Shown: piece by piece, positions 27,606 through 38,291 of the stretch | Numbering within the stretch: position 1 is the stretch's first letter | Layout of the letters: every line of letters starts with the position of its first letter | Source: an uncultured archaeon | GTDB lineage: Archaea > Asgardarchaeota > Thorarchaeia > Thorarchaeales > Thorarchaeaceae | Assembly (NCBI GenBank): GCA_964473825.1 | Contig: CAYYQL010000010.1 | Span: 1 to 64,000 of the forward strand | DNA length: 64,000 nt | Direction of reading: 5' to 3' | Notes under the pieces: generated by a model | The model's database searches: none | Told to the model about the DNA's origin: nothing | The model's input: the letters and a program-made list of their open reading frames with translations, nothing else | Translations under genes and position numbers: made by a program

Positions 27606-29540
27606 TTGAAGATGTTGATGATCGAACGGGGGCACTACGGTCCGGCAAGAATTGGGCACATCGAACTGAATGGAACGAAGATTCCTCTTCCTGCTCTCCT
27701 GCAGCTGGACGAAAAGACCGGTTCAGCTGGTTGTTACAGGTTTCTCGATATTTGGGGCCGAGAGTCACAGGATGCGCGCATCTATTCGCTCTCTGAGGGA
27801 TTTTTCACAAAGGTAATTGACATCACTGAGACCGCCCTCTACCTCCTCCCCTCTCTGCCAGGCTCTTCGATCTTGGGTGAGGCTATGGGACAGCATATTC
27901 TCGAGAGGCAACTGGAAATACTGAGGGACAGCGAGCTTCACCCGGATCCAGAGCGAGCGATTGTTCGCATTCCAAACCGGGTGTCCTCGAGAGTCCTATC
28001 TGAGTCAATATCGGCCTTTGAGAACCTGGGTGTGCGTGCCGCATCGTTTACTTTCGACGGAACATTTGGACCACATGACATGAGGGCAGTCTACCTTCGA
28101 AGGATTCTGCCGCTTAACTGGACCTGCCTAGCTTTGGGCAGAATTGAACCAGCACACATCCCTCTGCTCTACTATCTCGGCTTTGATGTTCTCGACACGG
28201 CATTCTCCCAGCGCGCAGCTGCTACTGATATCCGATTATGGAGGGATGGAATAGAGCGCGTGACAGAGAAACATATTGCTCCGAGGTATTGTGCCTGCAG
28301 TTTCTGCAGAGGTAAGCATCTGACTGAACTGACCAAATCGGTGCGCTACGACACCATCACAGGGCACAACCTTGAGATGTACAGAACCGTACTCTCTGAG
28401 GCTCGTCACGGGATGGACACAGGGCATCTCAGAGCACTTGTTGAGGCCATGACGCATAGGAGCCCCTCTCTTGCATCAGCGCTACGCAGGGTTGATGCGG
28501 ATCTGTACGATTTCATCGAGGAGTTCACACCGACGGCAGGAGATCAAGTCCTACCCTTGATTGGCCCCGAGAGTTACAACGCACCTGCAGTGCGTCGCTT
28601 CCGAGAACGTCTGGCTGAGCGTTACACGCCTCCGACGAGAAAGAAGATTGTCCTCCTCTTGCCCTGTTCAGCCAGGAAGCCCTATTCCGAGTCACGTTCG
28701 CATCATATCTTTGACCGCGCGATTTCGTCAGCAATCGGTGGCGCCCGCCGCGAGGTTGTTGAAACGATACTCACCTCCCCACTAGGTGTTATTCCCCGTG
28801 AGCTTGAAAGGATATTCCCCGTGGCGAACTACGACATTCCCGTGACCGGTGACTGGGATATGGAAGAGTTGAGGCTATCAGCAGATGCTCTGGTCAATCA
28901 CCTATCGAAATTCTCTGACGAAGTTGTGGTCGTGGCTCACGTTTCTGGTGGATACCGTCAGGTAGTTGCAGAGGCTGAGGACAGAGTTCAGCAGCCAATA
29001 ATCTACACCGACTCTGCTGACTCTGCAACACGGCGCGATGCTCTGTCTTCATTGGAGGCCACACTCACTGATATGCGCGATGTTATCCCGCTGGAGGGGG
29101 GACCTCCTATGAAACGCGAGGAAGCCCTTCGAGCCACAGCCGATTTCCAGTTCGGCAGAGGAGCAGGCCGATTATTGATACCTGAAGATGCTGCCCTCCG
29201 CGGCAAGCTCTTTCATCTGGTAATCTGTGAACTGGATGGCTCGCAGTTGTGTTCCTTTGTCGGACAGAATGGCCTTCTATCCTTGACCTTGGAGGGAGGA
29301 GCCATTCTGAAGGAGACTGGTCGGTATTGGGTCAGATTCGACGGAAAACGCATCCGGGGTGGTTCTCTGTTTGCTGTTGGCGTATCTGATGCTGATTCGT
29401 CCATTCGGCCGGGTGATGAGGTCGTCGTAATAAACGTCGATGACGAGGTAGTGGGCGTGGGAAAGAGTGAGATGTCTGGTCGTGAGATGTGTGACTTTCA
29501 TAACGGGAGAGCCATATCATTGCGGCATACTCTGGAGTGA
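27606..29540 (+). CDS. arcS: Archaeosine synthase alpha subunit (TgtA2) with PUA domain
   Basis: LLPCSARKPYSESRSH, TSPLGVIPRELE, YDIPVTGDW and a PUA domain; adjacent to RaSEA. Confidence 0.9.
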   Translation: MKMLMIERGHYGPARIGHIELNGTKIPLPALLQLDEKTGSAGCYRFLDIWGRESQDARIYSLSEGFFTKVIDITETALYLLPSLPGSSILGEAMGQHILERQLEILRDSELHPDPERAIVRIPNRVSSRVLSESISAFENLGVRAASFTFDGTFGPHDMRAVYLRRILPLNWTCLALGRIEPAHIPLLYYLGFDVLDTAFSQRAAATDIRLWRDGIERVTEKHIAPRYCACSFCRGKHLTELTKSVRYDTITGHNLEMYRTVLSEARHGMDTGHLRALVEAMTHRSPSLASALRRVDADLYDFIEEFTPTAGDQVLPLIGPESYNAPAVRRFRERLAERYTPPTRKKIVLLLPCSARKPYSESRSHHIFDRAISSAIGGARREVVETILTSPLGVIPRELERIFPVANYDIPVTGDWDMEELRLSADALVNHLSKFSDEVVVVAHVSGGYRQVVAEAEDRVQQPIIYTDSADSATRRDALSSLEATLTDMRDVIPLEGGPPMKREEALRATADFQFGRGAGRLLIPEDAALRGKLFHLVICELDGSQLCSFVGQNGLLSLTLEGGAILKETGRYWVRFDGKRIRGGSLFAVGVSDADSSIRPGDEVVVINVDDEVVGVGKSEMSGREMCDFHNGRAISLRHTLE

Positions 29541-30658
29541 TGATGATGTCAAGAGCACTGGCAGACATTGGACAACTGATTCGGGAGGCAAATATACGGG
29601 CCAGGAAATCCTCGATATCTCGCAGAAGAACACGTGACCCTACAAGACCGGCTGCAAAATGGGTAGCCTCCGCACCGATCGGGCAGGCGACGGGAACTGC
29701 TCTCTCTCTAGTTCTCTCGACACATGGTTGTTCATATGCCCTCAGCGAGGCTGGGGGGTGTACCATGTGTAGCTACCTTCTTGACGGCACGAATAGTGCG
29801 GTGTCCTCAGAACATCTCTTGTCACAGTTCGAGAAGGGCATGGACGCATTAGCAGGAGAAACAGGTCCACTCTCGGTGAAGATATACACAAGTGGCAGTT
29901 TTCTTGACGAAAGCGAGGTACCACTAGACGCCAGGAGAGCAATAGTTGAACATCTGGGCAGTGATGACCGTGTCAAAGAAGTGGTCCTTGAGTCGAGACC
30001 TGAGTTTGTTACTGAGAATGCCCTTCAGTTCATCGCTCAGACACTTGAGAACAAGCATATTGAGATTGGGATGGGTCTTGAGAGCAGCAATGACCTCGTC
30101 AGACAGATATGCATCAACAAGGGTTTCAGCACGGAGGACTTTACGTCGGCGGTGAAGAGGGCACTGGAATTTGGAGTGGGAACCCGAGCATATGTCCTGG
30201 TCAAGCCCCCCTTCATGACCGAGCGAGCTGCTCTGGAGGATGCAGTCCAAACGATATCAGATGCGGCAGCTTTGGGGGTCACCACTGTGTCGATCAACCC
30301 TGTCAACATCCAGCGCTTCACACTGGTCGAGCAGCTCTGGCGGAGAGGTGACTATCGTCCACCCTGGCTCTGGACCTTGATTGAGGTACTTCGCCGGTCT
30401 CGAGAGTCACATCCTATCAGTATGAGAATCCTCTGTGATCCTGTAGCTGGGGGTAAGTCGCGTGGCACTCACAACTGCGGGAGATGTGATTCGACCATCG
30501 TCAAGGCAATCCGTGAATACTCCTTGACCCAGGATGCCCAGAGGCTTCCCAACGGAGAATGTGACTGCAAGCGTCTTTGGGAACATACCCTTCTTCATGA
30601 GGGGCCATCGATGTTTGTGCACGAGGATATCGGCCGAGGTCCTCTAGGAAATGCTTAA
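29537..30658 (+). CDS. raSEA: Radical SAM archaeosine synthase beta subunit (RaSEA)
   Basis: GCSY...GGCTMC, KIYTSGSFLD, ESRPE, YRPPWLW, RGTHNCGRCD. Confidence 0.9.
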   Translation: MMMMSRALADIGQLIREANIRARKSSISRRRTRDPTRPAAKWVASAPIGQATGTALSLVLSTHGCSYALSEAGGCTMCSYLLDGTNSAVSSEHLLSQFEKGMDALAGETGPLSVKIYTSGSFLDESEVPLDARRAIVEHLGSDDRVKEVVLESRPEFVTENALQFIAQTLENKHIEIGMGLESSNDLVRQICINKGFSTEDFTSAVKRALEFGVGTRAYVLVKPPFMTERAALEDAVQTISDAAALGVTTVSINPVNIQRFTLVEQLWRRGDYRPPWLWTLIEVLRRSRESHPISMRILCDPVAGGKSRGTHNCGRCDSTIVKAIREYSLTQDAQRLPNGECDCKRLWEHTLLHEGPSMFVHEDIGRGPLGNA

Positions 30659-30710
30659 AGGATTTGTCTGTGCGATGCATCTGTTCAAGACAGTGGAGGT
30701 CTCTGATTAG

Positions 30711-31055
30711 ATGTCTGTTTATGTTACACGAGTCAGCGTATGGTTCAACAGTGAAGGTGCAGCACCCTCTCTTATCATCCAGAAACTACTGGAGCTCGGA
30801 TTCACACCCATTCGCGGTGCCTATGATTTTGTCTACGAGCATTCTGAGGAGGACATGAGTGAGAAGGACATCACCACGGCAATTATCGAGATTGCCAATG
30901 CACTTCATGCAACGCTTGCTGGGTTCAACGTCCTCTACACGCTGGATACGCATCCGATGGAAGAAGATGAGGACTATATTCCGCTGGAAGATATAGATGC
31001 GGAGCTGGAAGCCACAAGAAAGGAGCTCCAAGAGCTCGAAAAGGAAGTATCTTAG
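30711..31055 (+). CDS. Conserved archaeal hypothetical protein
   Basis: FNSEGAAPS...LGFTPIRGAYDFVY; GGAGG Shine-Dalgarno. Confidence 0.7.
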   Translation: MSVYVTRVSVWFNSEGAAPSLIIQKLLELGFTPIRGAYDFVYEHSEEDMSEKDITTAIIEIANALHATLAGFNVLYTLDTHPMEEDEDYIPLEDIDAELEATRKELQELEKEVS

Positions 31056-31123
31056 TTCTTTAGGGGAAGGTGGGGGGCCGAAGTCCCCATCACCAACCTT
31101 AGCCAAGTTCGTTGAGCAGTCTG

Positions 31124-32905
31124 CTAGTCAGAGATGACTTTGGGCTCACGTCGCTCGTATTCTCCCTCGCCTCTGACATGGACCCTAAGCTTCTTCTTAT
31201 CTCCCGGATTCATTCTTGTCCAGAGCCATGTGATATTGGTACCGTCCTCAACTTGGGCCAGAGCGGGTTCCTCTTCAGGAGGCTCGACCGAAACAAATTC
31301 GAACCCTAGTGGAATCCAGTCCGTGACTTTCACATTCTCGACGGTCACTTCACCTCGATTCTCTACAACAAGAAGCACAGAGTACTCGCCGGCGCCAGCC
31401 CCTTTGTTTATGGCTTTCTTGGTTGATATACGCCGCTTCTTGTAAACAACTCCAATCTTGTGTTTGCCTTTTTCACTGCTGATCTCGGTCACAAGCCCTG
31501 GAGGATGTATGTTGGCTCCAACTCGAACCGGACTTGGGTAATCCTTTTCGGGGCGGCTCTTCCATGCCATCACAGCATAATTGATCTTCAGACTCTTCCC
31601 TGGTTCAAGCGCCCCAACAATCTCTTTTAGCCCTTCTATTGTGAAGGTCAGTTTGTGAGGGGTCTCAGGGTCTTGATCATCGGGTTCCATGACGAGATTA
31701 AATGGCCCATTATACTCCTCACCGCCAATCCAGATTGTGACATGTTCCTTCTTCGGAGGCATGACATCATCAGGCAGATGATCTTCGATGACTATCTCAT
31801 TGATAGGCGCAGTACCTGTGTTCTTAACGTCAATATTGACCTCAATGGGTGTCTTATCGAAACTGCTCACCTCCGGCGGGTCAAAGGTCTTCGAATACTC
31901 AATCTCATAGACAGGAATCTGTTGTGGCTCTTTCATTATTCTGCCAAGCACTCGTTTCTCTATGACTCGCATCGGAGTATAGATGACTTCTTGGGTGCAT
32001 TTTGGAGGCGACTTGCTCTCAACCTCGAAGAAAGTTGTCCATTCTAGGCCCGGCTCCATTTCTAGTGCGGGGCTGTCGTCCACCATGAGTTGTTTTTCTC
32101 CTCCCTCTTCAGGGTGGAGAAATATCTGTGCCTTGTCTAGACGAACCATGAGATTGCTCTCGTTGGAGCATTCAAGAGTGACCTTCCAACAATTCGGTTC
32201 GGTCTCTGCTGTTTCTATTCCTGTCAGAAACTCGGTCAGACCTGTCAAATCTGGATTGAGGGACGATCTCTGTTGCCCTTCAGCGCGATAGCTGACAACA
32301 AGCTCGCCCGCATTCTTCATCTCAGAGTCTTCCACTTCTCCGATGGCTGTAATCGAGAGTCTGGCCTTTTCACCCGGATCAACCTTAATATCTTTCCAGA
32401 AGACTTGCTTGGTTCCCTCGTCGTACTCCGCGCTTCCTTTCTCTGAGACTTGAACCGTAACCTGACTCAGTTCGTTCGGAATTGTCTTGTTCACGATTAT
32501 GTTATCGATGACTCCATTGCTGTTGTTCTTCACTGTAAGAAGAATCTCAACCAGGTTCTTCTTACCGAATGCATACGCCCAGTGTGGGTCTTCAGTGTGC
32601 ACTTCCGAACATGTATTGAAAATCTCATTCACCACCAACAGTGGTGCATCTATGTCGACGGCATAGTTGTATTCCCATTCAGCTGCGGCATCGATCTCTC
32701 CGGCAACAAGGTCTTCATCATCAATGTCTGTTCCGCTCGTTGAATCTGCAAGGTGTACCCTCACGTTCCAGATTCTATTCTTCTCCGAGACGTTCTTGAC
32801 ACTGAGGACTGAAGATACCTCCGCCTTTTCCAGTTCATTGAACTGGCCTGTCTGGCACTTCTCGTTCTCTTCGAGGTCGATTACGATTGTCTTATGACTA
32901 TTCAA
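31124..32905 (-). CDS. All-beta protein: mu-homology-domain-like N-terminal half plus Ig-like repeats
   Basis: Strand pattern matches AP-mu/delta-COP MHD; C-terminal DUF11-like repeats (VKNTG..IEDHLP, VENRG..VTDWIP). Confidence 0.55.
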   Translation of the reverse strand: MNSHKTIVIDLEENEKCQTGQFNELEKAEVSSVLSVKNVSEKNRIWNVRVHLADSTSGTDIDDEDLVAGEIDAAAEWEYNYAVDIDAPLLVVNEIFNTCSEVHTEDPHWAYAFGKKNLVEILLTVKNNSNGVIDNIIVNKTIPNELSQVTVQVSEKGSAEYDEGTKQVFWKDIKVDPGEKARLSITAIGEVEDSEMKNAGELVVSYRAEGQQRSSLNPDLTGLTEFLTGIETAETEPNCWKVTLECSNESNLMVRLDKAQIFLHPEEGGEKQLMVDDSPALEMEPGLEWTTFFEVESKSPPKCTQEVIYTPMRVIEKRVLGRIMKEPQQIPVYEIEYSKTFDPPEVSSFDKTPIEVNIDVKNTGTAPINEIVIEDHLPDDVMPPKKEHVTIWIGGEEYNGPFNLVMEPDDQDPETPHKLTFTIEGLKEIVGALEPGKSLKINYAVMAWKSRPEKDYPSPVRVGANIHPPGLVTEISSEKGKHKIGVVYKKRRISTKKAINKGAGAGEYSVLLVVENRGEVTVENVKVTDWIPLGFEFVSVEPPEEEPALAQVEDGTNITWLWTRMNPGDKKKLRVHVRGEGEYERREPKVISD

Positions 32906-32965
32906 CGTGTCCTCACCAACTTGGCTTCTCTAGGCTCTTGGCTACGAATAGGCAACGGAAGGATA

Positions 32966-33664
32966 TTAGCTTACTTCGTATCTGAACTCATTCCCTGCGG
33001 CCCATTGCGTTTCGATAGTCTGGTTGTCTTCCATCACAAGGGGTGTAACACCCTGTGCGAATTGGTCGAGATATTTCGCAAACTTCTGGGGCTGGTCATC
33101 TGAGACCCATCTCATGGGTATTCCCAGTTTTGGTTTGGCATCGATACAGAGTCCCACTGCATCCTTGACTGGAAAGACACCATCTCCACCGATTGGCACA
33201 ATGATAATGTCAACCTCAAACTGCCCAAACGGCCCTCTAACCTTTGAGTCTCCAAGATAGGCCACTCTCATCTTGCCTATCTCCAGATAGAGGCCGAGGT
33301 TCTCCATGGGTTCTCCTGTTTCAGGATGATCTCTCTTCAGAGAGTAAGGTATCACTCTCAGACCGGGAATCTTGTAGGGCTCCTCTGCTTTGAGGACATG
33401 AAGAAGCCACGGTTTTCCACCCTGCTGCTTCACTACTTCGATTGTGGACTCGTTGCCCAGTATCCATGCCTTAGAGTTTGTTGCCACTTCAGTTGCGTTC
33501 CCCAGGGCATCTATTGCCTCATTAGTCGCGATGATGACCTTAGATTCGGTGTCAACGGGCGTGACGGCCTCTCCCTGCCATATTCCCGGATTGAGCAGGA
33601 CCGACATCTCATCTGATTCTAATCTGAATGATGTTTTTCCTAGATAGGTAATCCTGAGCACCAA
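32966..33664 (-). CDS. UPF0173-like metallo-beta-lactamase-fold protein lacking HxHxDH
   Basis: ITYLGKTSFRL, YLGDS, IVPIGG, LGIPM; the metal motif is replaced by TNEAIDA. Confidence 0.75.
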   Translation of the reverse strand: MVLRITYLGKTSFRLESDEMSVLLNPGIWQGEAVTPVDTESKVIIATNEAIDALGNATEVATNSKAWILGNESTIEVVKQQGGKPWLLHVLKAEEPYKIPGLRVIPYSLKRDHPETGEPMENLGLYLEIGKMRVAYLGDSKVRGPFGQFEVDIIIVPIGGDGVFPVKDAVGLCIDAKPKLGIPMRWVSDDQPQKFAKYLDQFAQGVTPLVMEDNQTIETQWAAGNEFRYEVS

Positions 33665-33897
33665 ATCACATCCATCCTAGAGTACCGATTCACAAGTAGC
33701 CCGAGCACATGCGGCTGAGTACCTGATGCTTGTCCTTACTTAAAAGGAAATTGGGCACCGGTTGGCTTGTTGGAGATACTTGTGGACTCTGGTGGAAGAC
33801 TCGTCCTTGCCGAGTGCTATGTTTTTATGAATCAGTCGATGACATAACCATGACCACCAGCCAGCTGCCAATGTAGTGAACAAGGACAAGGGGCACC

Positions 33898-35190
33898 ATG
33901 CTCGAACGAATCCTAACGAAGAAATTCAGGGACTCGCTTAAGGCGACCTTTATGGATATCCAGCAACAGCAGGACATCCGTGATGAGAAGGAGTTCGCAA
34001 AAGACGAGGCGCGCATTAAGGAGCAGTTGTTAGACACTGTAGAGCCCTTCTCTCAAGATGTTGTCTTCGACAAGGATTTCCTTGTTGGGGCTGTGGACGG
34101 ATCCGGGAGTGACGGTCTTACTCTACTTGACGATGTGAGGGTACATCTTTTCAGCACAGCCTGCGTCATCCTCAATACCGGCACCACGTCTGGTAATCTC
34201 TTCACTCCTCTTGACGGTGATGAGATAGAAGAATGCCTGGGCACTAGCCAGCCGCATCTTGAAACCTTCTGGTATACTGGGGTCAAGGACGATGCACGGA
34301 CGAAGATGGCTGAATACATCGAGTACATTTCTTCAGTTTCCGATCCGGTCAAGCTTGTCCTGCCTTTCTTTCGAGACTTCACTCGTGGTGCGATTGATTC
34401 TTGGAGCGACCTCAAGAATTCCAAGTATGCCAAGTACCTTTCTCGACTGGAGGGCATCCGGAGCCTGATATCCAGGGCGAATCTGACCAACAGCACCGTG
34501 CATGACCAATTGCGAACTGTTTCCGAATACGCAGCTGCTCGGAAGATTCTTGACAGCCGACTGTGTCCAAAGTACCTGTTGCTCGATGGCGCCATGTCGG
34601 TCTTCATGCATTACGCCCGGAAATATCCGTCGATGCCGAGCGGGTTTTTACTCAGAGAGATGTGTGCACGGGCACGAAAAGAAGGAGTGATTCTCTGTGC
34701 AGTGAGCAAGACCCACACGATACCCTTTGCGCACAGGATTGCTCAGATGGCCGAAGATGTATTTGGTGGAAGTAGCAAGTGGTTCTGTCATCTTCCCGGC
34801 AGTGAAGACCCCGGAGGTGGCCTTCACATTACACAGTCGCGCACGTACATTCCCCCGATGCTAGCTGTTCCGTATCTCTTTAGCTTCTCTCGCGACAACC
34901 GTCCCTCGCGGATAGACTTCGATAGGATCTGGTGGTTAGAAAACATATTTGTTGAGAATGACCCCATAGCCACTCGAGAGAACGAGAAGTCGTTGTTCAG
35001 AGAGATAGAGTTCATGTCAAGAGATGCTAGATGGTATGGGTATCCTGTTCCCCTTGCTGTCGCTCACGAGCAGTGCAAGTTGAGTTATCAGGATGTCCGC
35101 CTGGCCAGAGAGATATGCTGGGACGTGAGGCGGGAGATGGGTATGGACGAACGGAGAATGGAACCTCCTCGAACTGATTTCAATCTGTGA
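33898..35190 (+). CDS. nurA: NurA nuclease
   Basis: GAVDGSG, LLLDG, AVSK, GYPVPLAVAH; operon context. Confidence 0.88.
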   Translation: MLERILTKKFRDSLKATFMDIQQQQDIRDEKEFAKDEARIKEQLLDTVEPFSQDVVFDKDFLVGAVDGSGSDGLTLLDDVRVHLFSTACVILNTGTTSGNLFTPLDGDEIEECLGTSQPHLETFWYTGVKDDARTKMAEYIEYISSVSDPVKLVLPFFRDFTRGAIDSWSDLKNSKYAKYLSRLEGIRSLISRANLTNSTVHDQLRTVSEYAAARKILDSRLCPKYLLLDGAMSVFMHYARKYPSMPSGFLLREMCARARKEGVILCAVSKTHTIPFAHRIAQMAEDVFGGSSKWFCHLPGSEDPGGGLHITQSRTYIPPMLAVPYLFSFSRDNRPSRIDFDRIWWLENIFVENDPIATRENEKSLFREIEFMSRDARWYGYPVPLAVAHEQCKLSYQDVRLAREICWDVRREMGMDERRMEPPRTDFNL

Positions 35191-35202
35191 GTATGATTCA
35201 TA

Positions 35203-36969
35203 ATGACATTAGACAAAGAAAAACTCGGGAAGCTCTACGGGCGCGCTGGAGTCGGCGACCAGAACATGCTGGGCCTTATGGGTCGTAATCAGGACATCAG
35301 CGTTGGAGAGATTTTCATGATATACTCCGAGCGCGAGGGCCATGAACGGGTCTTCTTCTTCAGAGTATTGGGGCTTCAGAACTACTTGCGACAGGTTGAT
35401 GATATTGGTCGCGTTGCCAGTACCTTGATGGTCGAAGGTGACTCATATCTGTCGGGCATTGATAGGAACAAGCTGCTTTCAATCGATGGCAAGATGTTGG
35501 GTTATGCCGAACGAGGCCATGGCGGGGATTGGGCCTTCCGCCCTCCCAGACGCCTTCCTGATCACCTTGCAGAGGTCTATAGGCCGGTACCCGGAACCTC
35601 CGATGAGACGGTTCGTGACATGCTAACGAGCCAGACAGGCGGCGAGGTATTTGTTGGTGACTTACAGGTTGGAGAAGACACTCTGGATGTTCCTGTACAC
35701 ATTCCTGCTAAGTACCTGCCTATGCACGTGGGTATCTTCGGCGCCACCGGGTCGGGTAAGAGCAACTTGATGCTGGTTCTCATCAAGTCTATCATAGATA
35801 ACAATCTGGACCGACTGTCCGGAGAGTCGGCTGGACGATTCAACATCTCAGCATTCTGTATCGATCCTCATGACGAGTTCGCTCAGGGCGTCGACAAACA
35901 TGGCATCCAAGACATTGTGGAATCCATGGATGCAAAGACGCGTCAGGAAGTGCTGGGCGATTTCTACTACCTGACCACACATCTTCAGGCGGCTCCCCGA
36001 GAAGTGAGGCGTTACGGGAAGGAACTGCGTATCTTGTGGGAGGAGATCAAGCCGCAGGACCTCTATTCCATTATGGACTTCACAGGACAGATGTATGCAT
36101 TCATCGATATGATATACTCACGAGCCAGGGATGATTGGATTGCAGAGATCCTCGATATGGATGAAGATCCTGATGGCACACCAAAGGGTACTCTTCGTGC
36201 TGTCCAGAGACGTCTTCGTTTTGTTGATCGTTCTCCTCTCTTCATACGTAGCGGGAGTTCTGTATTGGGTGATATTTACGAGTCGATGGAGACCGGTAGA
36301 ATCCTTGTGGTCAACACGAGTCTGATGAGCGACATGGAGCAGTTCCTACTTACCACTGTTGTTACGCGAACGCTGTCAGACCTACGGAAGGCTCTGAAGA
36401 GCAGCGGCAATCTGGGCGATTTCGATGCACAGGCCGGAATGAGACTGCCAGGTTCCTTCTTCAAGAGAGTTCGAGAGCGGGCGCGAGCATTCTACGGTTT
36501 TGGTGGTACCAGCGACTCTGCCTCGGTTAAGGACCCACGAAGTCTTCCTGTACTCTTGGTCACGGTCGAAGAGGCCCCTTCGATACTGAATCCTCAACTC
36601 ATGCGCGGACAGTCAGTCTTCAAGGACATATCACGACAGGGAAGAAAGTTCAACATCGGGCTCCTCGTCATTAGCCAGCAGGTAAGCGTCTTGGACAATG
36701 TCATCCTGAGTCAGATGAATACAGAGATAAATCTCCGACTGGGCAATGAACGAGAAATCAAGTCATGCATCGAGAATGCCAGTGTCAATATATCTGGATT
36801 TCAGAATGAGTTCAGGGTCATGTCTCGGGGGGAGGCTCTAGTGACGGCATCGTATCGCGAGTTACCCCTCCCAGTTAAGATTCCACTATTTGATGATTTG
36901 TTTGAGGAGGACAAGCCACGTTACAAGGGCAAGGTGTCCAGTACAGCTGCTGAGAAACACGTCTTATGA
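35203..36969 (+). CDS. herA: HerA helicase/translocase
   Basis: HVGIFGATGSGKSN, IDPHDEF, VEEA, RQGRKF, ISQQ. Confidence 0.9.
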   Translation: MTLDKEKLGKLYGRAGVGDQNMLGLMGRNQDISVGEIFMIYSEREGHERVFFFRVLGLQNYLRQVDDIGRVASTLMVEGDSYLSGIDRNKLLSIDGKMLGYAERGHGGDWAFRPPRRLPDHLAEVYRPVPGTSDETVRDMLTSQTGGEVFVGDLQVGEDTLDVPVHIPAKYLPMHVGIFGATGSGKSNLMLVLIKSIIDNNLDRLSGESAGRFNISAFCIDPHDEFAQGVDKHGIQDIVESMDAKTRQEVLGDFYYLTTHLQAAPREVRRYGKELRILWEEIKPQDLYSIMDFTGQMYAFIDMIYSRARDDWIAEILDMDEDPDGTPKGTLRAVQRRLRFVDRSPLFIRSGSSVLGDIYESMETGRILVVNTSLMSDMEQFLLTTVVTRTLSDLRKALKSSGNLGDFDAQAGMRLPGSFFKRVRERARAFYGFGGTSDSASVKDPRSLPVLLVTVEEAPSILNPQLMRGQSVFKDISRQGRKFNIGLLVISQQVSVLDNVILSQMNTEINLRLGNEREIKSCIENASVNISGFQNEFRVMSRGEALVTASYRELPLPVKIPLFDDLFEEDKPRYKGKVSSTAAEKHVL

Positions 36970-36977
36970 GATGATGA

Positions 36978-38291
36978 ATGATGTCTGCTAGAATCGCACA
37001 TCTATCGGATACGCATCTTGGGGCAAGACCCCGGGAGGGTATCAAGCAGAACGTGTGGGCTGTGGAGCTGAGGGTTCGCCTCTTGGAAGACGACTTCTAC
37101 CAGCGGTTTCAGGAGGTCTTCGATAGGATTGCAGCTCTTGACCCACCTGTCGACCTGGTGGTTCACTCTGGAGACCTCTATGACTCTCCTTGGGAGGGCA
37201 ATCCCTCTCAGCCCCCTGTGGTTGCCCAAGAGACCGCCCTCACAGTACTGAAGGGTTTCATAGAGACGACGGGCATTCCTGTGCTGATTATTGAGGGAAA
37301 TCACGGGCTCTATCGTACTCTGGATGTTTCTCTCTTGGACTCTCTGAACATATCGATTGAGAAGATGAATGTAGCCACCCAAGTAGACCTCAAGCGGGCT
37401 CTTTCTGCAGGGAAGCCGCTCAAGTTCTCGTATGATAAACTCGATGTATTCTGTTTCCCATTCATAGAACAGTCTGTTCTCGAATCAGCAAATCTGGTCG
37501 CCGATTTCAATGATTGGATCACAACGTATCAGAAGCCTGACAGCAAACGGCCGTCTGTGGCGGTGGCTCACGGAATGGATCTAGATCAGAGCCTGTTTGG
37601 TGGGATATTCAGTATGAACTATGACTATATCGCTCTGGGCCACGATCATCACCTACACAAGCATTCAGATAAGGCGTGGTATGCTGGTTCACCAGAGCGA
37701 TGGCGATTCGATGAGGTCCGTCATGAGAAGGGCTTCCTAGAGGTCGATATTGAGCACGGAAAGACGCCCGAGGTCACCAAGCACATTCTCGAGTATACCC
37801 GACCTGTGTTGAACAAGGTGATAGAGATCGAGGTTGACGATACGGTCCAGAGCGTCTTGGCAAAGATACAGGACCTCTTCGCAGAGGAGAGTCTGCGAGC
37901 GGATTGGAACCCGAGTACTGCTGCACGAGTGAGGCTTGTCTTCAGTGGGGACTCGCCACGATTCAGCGGACTTGACCTAACAGTGGCCATGGAGGGAATG
38001 AGGGTTGATGTCTTATCTCCTGACTCCGATTACAACATCTCTCAGCTCGTATGGTCGATTAAGCAGAGGGACCTCATTCATGATCCTGCGGCCTATCCCG
38101 AGATTGAGTCCGAATATCTCATCGAGGACCCCCAGAAAGACTTTCAGTCCTATCTGGACACCCTGAAGATTGGCGAGGAGTATGACTCTGACCTTCTGAC
38201 AAAGGTGGCTGTGAGGGCACTTGAGTTTGCAGTGGGACGGGATGAGGGTAATTTCACGATTGATACACTCTCGAAGGAGGGCTCTGACTGA
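36978..38291 (+). CDS. mre11: Mre11 nuclease
   Basis: HLSDTHLG, HSGDLYD, EGNH, AHG, YIALGHDH, YAGSPER. Confidence 0.92.
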   Translation: MMSARIAHLSDTHLGARPREGIKQNVWAVELRVRLLEDDFYQRFQEVFDRIAALDPPVDLVVHSGDLYDSPWEGNPSQPPVVAQETALTVLKGFIETTGIPVLIIEGNHGLYRTLDVSLLDSLNISIEKMNVATQVDLKRALSAGKPLKFSYDKLDVFCFPFIEQSVLESANLVADFNDWITTYQKPDSKRPSVAVAHGMDLDQSLFGGIFSMNYDYIALGHDHHLHKHSDKAWYAGSPERWRFDEVRHEKGFLEVDIEHGKTPEVTKHILEYTRPVLNKVIEIEVDDTVQSVLAKIQDLFAEESLRADWNPSTAARVRLVFSGDSPRFSGLDLTVAMEGMRVDVLSPDSDYNISQLVWSIKQRDLIHDPAAYPEIESEYLIEDPQKDFQSYLDTLKIGEEYDSDLLTKVAVRALEFAVGRDEGNFTIDTLSKEGSD

